Shown in pieces: positions 25,222 through 32,000 of a stretch of DNA of 32,000 nucleotides. Made by a program: the position numbers and the translations under genes. Origin of the DNA: Hyperthermus butylicus DSM 5456 (GTDB lineage: Archaea; Thermoproteota; Thermoprotei_A; Sulfolobales; Pyrodictiaceae); the NCBI RefSeq assembly GCF_000015145.1, contig NC_008818.1:930001-962000 (forward strand). The letters run 5' to 3'. Each line of letters starts with the position of its first letter. Within the stretch, counting starts at the first letter, position 1. The notes below the pieces were generated by a model that was not told the DNA's origin, ran no database searches, and saw only the letters and a list, made by a program, of their open reading frames with translations.

Positions 25222-26241
25222 ATGCATCTAGGAGTCCACACTCCTGTCGAGGTGCCTGGTTACTTGGTTCTCGATACTAGGGTGATCCTCGAGCTTATAA
25301 GGGATAATATGAGAGTCCGCGGGCTGCCACTGCCTGTGCCGGAGGATGTGCTGTCAAAATGGACTCACGGTCTAAGCATTCCCCGCGATGGCGAGTATTT
25401 GCTATTTACTGGCGGGCTATATCAGCTCCTACCATACATCGAGGCTCTTGTGGGACAGCTTGAGAAGTTGGAGAAAGGCGTTATTGGAGGACTAGCGCTC
25501 AAGCTTGCTAAGAGAGTTGCAAAGATAAGCGAGCTTGCCAAGTTTGTTGCTAAACCCGATAAGAGGATGGAAGAGTTTTCGACAAAGGTTCTTCAGAGTA
25601 TTGTCGTGCTACTAGAGGCAGCTGGTGTAGACTTCTACTATAGGCCAGAGCTTGACGGGTATAGCGGTGCATTACTCTACGACCTTGGGCTTGACAAAAG
25701 CTTCCAGCAGCACGCCTTAAAGCTGTATGAGAGACTGCGGGAGGTGGGTGTACAGAAGATCGTTACGGTAGATCCCCACACCACGCATATGCTTCGCAAC
25801 GTATACCCCAGATACGTTGGGGGCTACTCGATAGAGGTCAAGTCATACCTCGAACTACTCTACGAGAACCTTGCCAAGCTAGAGTTCCAGAACGCCAGCG
25901 GTCCAGAGGTAGTGATACACGATCCCTGCCTCTATGCCAGGTTCGAAGACATACTTGAGCCGCCACGCCGCCTACTAGAGGCTGCAGGGTACCGCGTAGT
26001 AGAGCCTAGGAGGAGTGGCAGACTCACCTATTGCTGTGGCGGACCCATAGAGGCTGTAGCGCCAAGGCTTTCAAAGAGGATTGCCGAGAATAGGGTGGAA
26101 GAGCTCTCAAGCTACTCGACTATTATTGTCACACTCTGCCCGATATGCTATGCGAATCTGAGCCGCGTAGCTCCGGACAATACGCGTGTAGAGGATATAT
26201 CCATATTGCTTGCTGAGAGGCTGGTGAGCCGTGCCGGTTGA
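25222..26241 (+). CDS. CCG-domain (LutA/HdrB-like) oxidoreductase subunit with a degenerate first CCG domain
   Basis: Second domain intact: VVIHDPCLYARF, YCCGGPIEAVAP, TLCPICYANL. First domain lacks the cysteines. Confidence 0.85.
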   Translation: MHLGVHTPVEVPGYLVLDTRVILELIRDNMRVRGLPLPVPEDVLSKWTHGLSIPRDGEYLLFTGGLYQLLPYIEALVGQLEKLEKGVIGGLALKLAKRVAKISELAKFVAKPDKRMEEFSTKVLQSIVVLLEAAGVDFYYRPELDGYSGALLYDLGLDKSFQQHALKLYERLREVGVQKIVTVDPHTTHMLRNVYPRYVGGYSIEVKSYLELLYENLAKLEFQNASGPEVVIHDPCLYARFEDILEPPRRLLEAAGYRVVEPRRSGRLTYCCGGPIEAVAPRLSKRIAENRVEELSSYSTIIVTLCPICYANLSRVAPDNTRVEDISILLAERLVSRAG

Positions 26242-27448
26242 GAGGATTACCCTGCAGGAGGCTCTCCGCGAGATATACAGTGTGCTAGACGACGAGACGT
26301 TTCAGCGTGGCTTGAGGACTGGTGTTAGAAATGCTGAGGGGAGATTTCTGAAGATTCTAGCTGAACATCCTGAGCTGGAACAGCTTGCGAGGATGGTTGA
26401 GAAAGCTAAGAAGGAGGTGATATCAAAGATAGACTACTACATAGACATGGCTATGAAATCCCTTGAACGCGTACATGCTAGGGCCTACCTGGTTCACACA
26501 GCTGAGGAGGCGAGGGAAACGGTACTCCGCATTGTTGGGAGTCGTAAGCTTGTAATATTTTCGAAGAGTATGGTTGCCGAGGAGCTAAAGCTGAGGGAAG
26601 CGCTGGAGGAGGCCGGCAACGAGGTTTGGGAGACTGATATGGGTGAGCTGCTCATACAACTCAGCGGCGGGAAGCCAATGCATACTACTGCACCGGCAAT
26701 ACATATGTCCCGTTTTGAGGCTGCAAAGCTTCTATCGAAGAAGCTTGGAATCAGGCTATCCGAGAATCCCACACCAGAGGAGATAGTATCAGCTGTTCGG
26801 GACATCCTCCGGGACAAGTTTGTACGTGCAGATGTTGGGATAAGCGGAGGCAATGCGTTAGCAGCTGATTCAGGTTCAATAGTGCTAGTTGAGAACGAGG
26901 GCAATATTAGGCTAGTCACTGGATTGCCACCGGTGCACATAGCTATTATGGGTGTTGAAAAGATAGTTCCCACACTACAGCACGCCCTAGCAGCAGCCAT
27001 CGTACAAGCAGCTTGGGCTGGCTTGTACCCACCAACATACATAAATGTCATAAGTGGTCCAAGCTCAACATCAGATATTGAGAGGAAGAGAGTCTATGGT
27101 GCCCATGGTCCCCGCGAGGTCCATGTGGTACTCGTAGATAATGGTAGAGTTAGAGCAGCTAGACATGAGGTGCTCAGCGAGCAGCTCAAGTGTATTCGCT
27201 GTGGTAGGTGTCAGTGGGAGTGCCCAGTCTGGCAACAAACAGCTAACGTGTGGGGAGGCCCAGCGTACGGCGGCCCCATGGGCATTGGTTGGACAGCTAT
27301 AACCCTCGGCGTAAAGGAGGCGGCTGAGCTAAGCATGCTCTGCCTAAGCTGTGGCAGGTGTGACGAGGTGTGCCCGGTGCGTGTACCGTTATCCTCGATA
27401 ATCCGGTGGCTGAAGAGACAATATGCTAGCAGCTTGGATAAGGGCTAG
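26231..27448 (+). CDS. LUD-domain iron-sulfur protein (LutB-like)
   Basis: LUD-type core with two 4Fe-4S motifs CIRCGRCQWECPVW and CLSCGRCDEVCPV. Overlaps the upstream CCG gene by 11 nt. Confidence 0.92.
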   Translation: MPVERITLQEALREIYSVLDDETFQRGLRTGVRNAEGRFLKILAEHPELEQLARMVEKAKKEVISKIDYYIDMAMKSLERVHARAYLVHTAEEARETVLRIVGSRKLVIFSKSMVAEELKLREALEEAGNEVWETDMGELLIQLSGGKPMHTTAPAIHMSRFEAAKLLSKKLGIRLSENPTPEEIVSAVRDILRDKFVRADVGISGGNALAADSGSIVLVENEGNIRLVTGLPPVHIAIMGVEKIVPTLQHALAAAIVQAAWAGLYPPTYINVISGPSSTSDIERKRVYGAHGPREVHVVLVDNGRVRAARHEVLSEQLKCIRCGRCQWECPVWQQTANVWGGPAYGGPMGIGWTAITLGVKEAAELSMLCLSCGRCDEVCPVRVPLSSIIRWLKRQYASSLDKG

Positions 27449-27466
27449 AAGTGGTGTTTGCCCCCG

Positions 27467-27564
27467 ACCCCCAGCCGTGAGGGTCCGCCGCTCATCCATC
27501 CCCAGCATACTGGGGTGTTGCGGCGGCGAGCCCCGCCAATTACAAACTATCCATAAGTGGGGGT
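27467..27564. other. Structured convergent intergenic region
   Basis: Nested complementarities: ACCCCC (27467-27472)/GGGGGT (27559-27564); CCGCCGC (27485-27491)/GCGGCGG (27520-27526); CCCCAG (27500-27505)/CTGGGG (27510-27515) with CATA loop. Confidence 0.5.
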
Positions 27565-27571
27565 TTAGGTT

Positions 27572-28228
27572 CTACGGCTCCTCGACTTCTGATGGAGCTA
27601 TGCAGCCGGTCTCGTAGGCTCTAACTACGGCTTCCCGTAGGGCCTTCGCTGCGTGGGAGTGTAGCTTACTACTCCATGTTGCATGTACTATACAATTATA
27701 GGCGTCTAGGGCTACATGTAGTAGCTTCCTCACGGTGTGACAGCTAGGGGGTCTTGTGCGGGCCCAGTAACGGAGCCTCGTGAGTGCTATTAGTAGCTCT
27801 ATGCTGCATCCGTAGCTCCTACTATAAGCGTGTACTGCTTCTCCGTCAATTCTCACATGTACGGGGTCGAAGTATACTATGAGGAAGCCAGGCTCAACCC
27901 TATGCCTTGCAGTCACAACGGCTTCAACGTGTATGCCTGGATACGCTATGCAGGGCACGTGGAGACTCTTCGATGGCTGTAGCGGGGGTGGAGGGCCTAG
28001 TATGGCCTCGTAGAATGGGTGGGGTGTTACTGGAAAGCTTATGCATGCCTCGTAGAAGGTCTCCCCTTCTTCTCGGAGCTGTGTGCCAGGGTAGAGTCTC
28101 GCTGCAAGCCTATCGTCACTAATGTATATGCCAAGGGGTGTCACGAGGATCTTGTGCCCCGAGGAGAGGACAGAGACCGACTCGTTGAACGAGCTTGTAT
28201 CGAGGATAGAGCGTAGAAGCTCGAACAT
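27572..28228 (-). CDS. Hypothetical protein (218 aa)
   Basis: Long protein-like ORF, no recognised family. Its 5' end overlaps the divergent mptE ORF. Confidence 0.65.
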   Translation of the reverse strand: MFELLRSILDTSSFNESVSVLSSGHKILVTPLGIYISDDRLAARLYPGTQLREEGETFYEACISFPVTPHPFYEAILGPPPPLQPSKSLHVPCIAYPGIHVEAVVTARHRVEPGFLIVYFDPVHVRIDGEAVHAYSRSYGCSIELLIALTRLRYWARTRPPSCHTVRKLLHVALDAYNCIVHATWSSKLHSHAAKALREAVVRAYETGCIAPSEVEEP

Positions 28229-28946
28229 AGTCTCCCCGAGCTTGTGGCTAGAGCTGTACGAGGATATTAGACGCGTAATGGGGTATAGTCGTGATGGGGA
28301 CTGTTATGCCGCAAAGCTGCTCTCAACATTGCTCCACGAGGCTGCCACCGAGGCGAGATATGTTGAGCTACGTGAGGTGTGCAGGCTCTTAGCGAGTTGC
28401 AGCACCATATGCGTAACCGGCGGCTCGGAAAGCCTTGAGAAGTGGGTGCACAGTCTAGGGTCAACTTGTGAGTGTATAGTGGCTGTTGACGGGTCTACAA
28501 GTCTACTCTTAGGTTACGGTATCAAGCCGGACATAGTCATAGGCGACTTGGATGGTTCGTGGCAAGCTACACTTGAGGCGGCAAGGACTGCTATCGTGGT
28601 AGTCCATGGGCACGGTGATAACATCGCTGCGCTGCGCTACATGGTTCCAAGGCTCCCGGCGGTTCATGGGACAGTGCAGTGTGAGCCAACACCGTATACT
28701 AGTCTCGTGCCTGGGTTTACGGATGGCGAACGTGCGCTTGGTTTAGCCCTCTTATGCGGCGTGGAAAGTATACATGTCTATGGAATGAATGTCCGTGAGA
28801 GGGTTGGCTGGTGGTCAAAGCCCTGGCTAAACCGGAGCGTGCCAGCTTGGGGTGAGAAGGCGCGTAAACTTGTAATTGCAGAGGCGGTGTTCAAGGCTTT
28901 TCGGGTGTATGCAGAGAGGAACAATATTAGGCTCGTGTGGCACTGA
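28185..28946 (+). CDS. mptE: 6-hydroxymethyl-7,8-dihydropterin pyrophosphokinase, MptE type (DUF115)
   Basis: TICVTGGSESL, CIVAVDGSTSLLLGYGIKPDIVIGDLDGSW, VVHGHGDNIAALRY, GFTDGERALGLALLCGVESIHVYGM. The supplied ORF begins at ATG 28122. TTG 28185 is my guess. Confidence 0.88.
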   Translation: MNELVSRIERRSSNIVSPSLWLELYEDIRRVMGYSRDGDCYAAKLLSTLLHEAATEARYVELREVCRLLASCSTICVTGGSESLEKWVHSLGSTCECIVAVDGSTSLLLGYGIKPDIVIGDLDGSWQATLEAARTAIVVVHGHGDNIAALRYMVPRLPAVHGTVQCEPTPYTSLVPGFTDGERALGLALLCGVESIHVYGMNVRERVGWWSKPWLNRSVPAWGEKARKLVIAEAVFKAFRVYAERNNIRLVWH

Positions 28947-29938
28947 TGAGGGAATATTATGCTGAAGGTGTAGGAGTGATGACTCGGTTCTCGGCTGAGC
29001 GTCCATCCCATGTAAGAATCTCCACAGGTGCTAGGATTCACCTCGGCTTCTACGGGCTATGCAGATCTCACGGCAGGATACTTGGTGGTATGGGCCTTGC
29101 CGTAGACGGGGTTGGCTACACAGTCAAGGCGAGAGCTGGCAGGGATGGTGTTACAGGCTGCCAGAGCCATAGGGTTAGAGAGATCCTAGAAAAGGCCGTG
29201 AATGATCTTAACGCTCTTCCAGGCCCAGTCTCTGTTAAGGTTGAGACTTGTATACCGGAGCACGTGGGCCTCGGCTCTACAACCCAGCTAACACTCGCAA
29301 TATATGCTGCTGTGGGGCTCCTAGCTGGCAAGAGTATCCGAGAGTCCGTTGAAGTTGCTGCTAGGGGGCCTTACTCCGGCATAGGTGTTGGCACGTTCCT
29401 CTACGGTGGCTTCATAGTCGATGCAGGTGTTAGGATTGGTAGTAGGCTTGCAAGGCCAGTGTTTAGGGCAGAGTTTCCCAGCGAGTGGCGTATAGTTGCG
29501 GTCATACCGGAGACGGAATGGAGGGTTGCCGAGGGCCCAAAGGAGGACGCGATGGTTGAGCTCCCGGAGGGCAGTAAGGAGCTATGTTCTAGGGCCATGG
29601 AGGCGTTGCTGCGCCTAATAGCTCCGGGTATTGCCGAGAAGGACTTCGACCTTTTCACTAATGGTGTTGAGATGATCCAGAGACTTACAGGCGAATACTT
29701 CTCCGGGGTACAAGGAGGGCTCTACTGCTGCAGCGAGTCAGAGGAGGCTGCGAGGCTCATACACTCTCTTGGCGGAAGAGGTGTCGGACAGAGTAGTTGG
29801 GGCCCGCTAGTCTACGGGTTTTTCCCCTCTGAGGAGAAGGCGTTGAAGGCTTATGCAGGACTCGTTGAACGATATGGAGAGGAGCGCGTGCTCCTTCTGA
29901 GGCCGAGGAATAGGGGAGCAGTAGTTGAGGCGAACTAG
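28937..29938 (+). CDS. mptG: Beta-ribofuranosylaminobenzene 5'-phosphate synthase-like GHMP-family protein
   Basis: RISTGARIHLGFYGLCRSHGRILGGMGLAVDG, EHVGLGSTTQLTLAIYAAVG, ARGPYSGIGVGTFLYGGFIVDAG, GRGVGQSSWGPLVYGF. Confidence 0.88.
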   Translation: MALMREYYAEGVGVMTRFSAERPSHVRISTGARIHLGFYGLCRSHGRILGGMGLAVDGVGYTVKARAGRDGVTGCQSHRVREILEKAVNDLNALPGPVSVKVETCIPEHVGLGSTTQLTLAIYAAVGLLAGKSIRESVEVAARGPYSGIGVGTFLYGGFIVDAGVRIGSRLARPVFRAEFPSEWRIVAVIPETEWRVAEGPKEDAMVELPEGSKELCSRAMEALLRLIAPGIAEKDFDLFTNGVEMIQRLTGEYFSGVQGGLYCCSESEEAARLIHSLGGRGVGQSSWGPLVYGFFPSEEKALKAYAGLVERYGEERVLLLRPRNRGAVVEAN

Positions 29939-29945
29939 TTTTGCC

Positions 29946-32000
29946 TCATGCTTCTCTCTCGTTTGCATCGTCTATGCTTGACTGCTCCTCACTTCTACTC
30001 TTGTGCTGTAGCTGACGCGGCTTCACGAAAAATTCTTGTGCTTCGTAAGTTGATATTATGCTCTCCGCTGGGATGCCTACGGGGGATTCCGAGTCCTTGC
30101 CATAGTAGTGCTTTAGTATCTTCCGAGCAAGCTCTTTGAGAGCAACCATTACGCTGTGGGGTCGTGTATGAAGCCCCTCAGCCACGGAGTCCCAGCTCCT
30201 ACCCTGGAGCACCTTAGATATAGCTATGTACTCCTCTTTCTTGCTTAGCGAGAGTCCCTTAGTCTTAGGGTACATTATCCAGTATGCCCTTATGAGTTCG
30301 TGAAGGACGTCGGCTACCGCCTCATATGTCATCGGGCCATAGGCATATATCCATAAGCGGTCTACCTGTATCGGTGTGAGAGCGGGGTAGTAGTTGTCGA
30401 ATATCGGGTTTCCAGTCTTCAATATGAGCATAGCCACCTCTGGCTCTAGGTCGCGGTAGGGATCGTGTAGGCTCTCTAGTAGTTTCCTCTTAAACTCTCT
30501 GTTAGCAATGTCTACGAGCCTAGTCATGGTCTCTGTTATCGGCTTTATCACTAGTATTGTGTATTCGCCGCTAACTGGGTTACGGTCAGGCGACATGTGG
30601 ACAGGGTAGAAACCATTCTTCACCCAGAACTTTAGTAGCTGCTCGTTAACGCCAAACCCGCTTCCAACCCAGTCAAGCCCTAGCTCCTTAGCCTCCTCGT
30701 ACACCTTTTCGAGAGCAAATGAGCCTATACCTCTACCTTGCACCTCGGGATGCGTTGCAATTCTTACTATGCGCCAACCCCGTGCATGGCCAAACTCTCT
30801 TACTCTTAGGTGTTTTAGTGTCCTATCAGGTATGATGTTGCCTGGTGTCTTGCCTCCACGTAGTAACTCTTCAACCATCTCGTCGTCTAGGCCTCCCTCC
30901 TGGGCTATCTGCAGGGCACATACTATCTTTCCAGAGGGTAGTCTTACACCGCGTATGATGTGGTGAGGAGCGTCAGCTAGTATTGCTAGGTCATCCGGTT
31001 CATTCCGGTAGTGGGCCAAGACGTAAATGCCGAAGAGTTGGCGTAGTGTCTTCTCGCCCTCGGGACTGAAGAGTTCCCTTGGCTCAAACTTTACGTATTC
31101 AAACTGTTTGGCTTCTATAGCCTTTAGATCCTCTTCATCTAGCTCTGCTGGCTCGGCGTCAAGTAGTAGGGCGTCAAAGAGCCACCTCTCTATCGGATCA
31201 TCCTCGGCATACCTTATGGGCTCGTGCATTTCAACCTCTATAAGCTCCGTATTGGGATCGTTTTTGAGTGCCGGTAGAAACCTTACTGAGAATCCTCTCC
31301 CAGCGCCCTCGTAGCCGTGTATAGTTGTTGCGAAGACTAGCTTCCGGTGGCTCCGCCATATCTTGTGTAGGAGTGGAATATGCATGCCAGCTGCCTCGTC
31401 AACTATCACTATATCGGCCTTCAGCCTTGGTACATGTATTGGCTCCCAATACTCTATGCTAAACCCTTTACCGTGTATCTCGAGGATATTGTCGCCCCGT
31501 CTTACGATGTGTGTCTTAAGCTCTAGCTTTTCCGCTGCTTTGAGCGCTAGTGTAAAGAATGACTGTACATTGCTAAGGTTTGGTGCTGTGACAACTATAC
31601 GTACACGGCCAAGTTCCTTCCGCAGCCTAGCAGCGAGGCCTATTGATGCTATGCCTACGGCTCCAGACTTGCCACGTCCCCTATCCGATGTTATTATTAT
31701 AGCTCTACGCTTCTTCTTAGGCTTCTCTAGAAGGGATTCGAGAACCTTTATGACATTCACCTGGTCCTGTGTCAGTGCAAGCTCGTATAGCTCTCTGGGG
31801 AACTCCGTCTTCTCCGGTATCTCTATCTTCTGCTCGGTCCTCCTCCTTAACGGGTAGTCGTCAGCTTTTATTATTTCACCATCGTCAGTGTCAAATATAA
31901 ATATGCCCTTGTGGTCTAAAAGTTTCCTCTTAAACCAGCTAATGAAGACGTGGCGTGGTTCATTGTAGCCTGGCACTACAAGGTTTTGTTTGAATATCGT
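29946..32000 (-). CDS. tmcA: tRNA(Met) cytidine acetyltransferase TmcA (5' end beyond the window)
   Basis: Walker A SDRGRGKSGAVGI, VDEAAGMHIPLL, GNAT motif IATHPEVQGRGIGSFALEKV. The frame remains open from 31976 to 32000 (TIFKQNLVV...), so the listed GTG start at 31976 is probably not the true N-terminus. Confidence 0.94.
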   Translation of the reverse strand, partial: TIFKQNLVVPGYNEPRHVFISWFKRKLLDHKGIFIFDTDDGEIIKADDYPLRRRTEQKIEIPEKTEFPRELYELALTQDQVNVIKVLESLLEKPKKKRRAIIITSDRGRGKSGAVGIASIGLAARLRKELGRVRIVVTAPNLSNVQSFFTLALKAAEKLELKTHIVRRGDNILEIHGKGFSIEYWEPIHVPRLKADIVIVDEAAGMHIPLLHKIWRSHRKLVFATTIHGYEGAGRGFSVRFLPALKNDPNTELIEVEMHEPIRYAEDDPIERWLFDALLLDAEPAELDEEDLKAIEAKQFEYVKFEPRELFSPEGEKTLRQLFGIYVLAHYRNEPDDLAILADAPHHIIRGVRLPSGKIVCALQIAQEGGLDDEMVEELLRGGKTPGNIIPDRTLKHLRVREFGHARGWRIVRIATHPEVQGRGIGSFALEKVYEEAKELGLDWVGSGFGVNEQLLKFWVKNGFYPVHMSPDRNPVSGEYTILVIKPITETMTRLVDIANREFKRKLLESLHDPYRDLEPEVAMLILKTGNPIFDNYYPALTPIQVDRLWIYAYGPMTYEAVADVLHELIRAYWIMYPKTKGLSLSKKEEYIAISKVLQGRSWDSVAEGLHTRPHSVMVALKELARKILKHYYGKDSESPVGIPAESIISTYEAQEFFVKPRQLQHKSRSEEQSSIDDANEREA

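Noticed and set aside
27472-27545. H/ACA sRNA reading of the structured region (ACA at 27542-27544)
   Set aside because: No suitable lower stem ends 3 nt before the ACA and no K-turn/K-loop is apparent in the upper stem.
1-32000. CRISPR array, tRNA/rRNA genes, transposase/integrase, toxin-antitoxin or phage-defence operon
   Set aside because: Looked for regularly spaced direct repeats, T-loop/acceptor patterns and hallmark proteins. None was seen by eye. The Cas4-like and Lhr-like genes alone are not evidence of a CRISPR locus.

Overview
This looks like an ordinary, gene-dense, largely housekeeping region of a hyperthermophilic crenarchaeal chromosome. Reverse gyrase, Alba, GatD/GatE, TBP, archaeal-type GAPDH/PGK/TIM, TmcA and MptE/MptG point that way, and a Pyrodictiaceae-like source is my inference. 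I see no CRISPR array, tRNA or rRNA gene, transposon, phage module or clear defence/toxin-antitoxin system. I do not find a large undescribed system. The observations most worth checking are: (a) two box C/D sRNA-like elements, both 65 nt, in intergenic DNA (1454-1518 minus, 18350-18414 plus), each with a GGGC/GCCC closing stem and a canonical 12-nt guide; (b) a strong nested inverted repeat right after the nnr stop codon (12144-12224) and a second structured convergent intergenic region (27467-27564); (c) a Cys-rich HTH regulator divergent from a protein disulfide oxidoreductase, with an inverted repeat between them; (d) a LutA/HdrB-like protein whose first CCG domain appears to have lost its cysteines; (e) a solo Cas4-like Fe-S nuclease downstream of RHH/wHTH genes and divergent from an Lhr helicase; (f) three convergent gene pairs whose stop codons interlock in 4 nt. 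All family calls come from motif recognition by eye. No database search or folding program was run.
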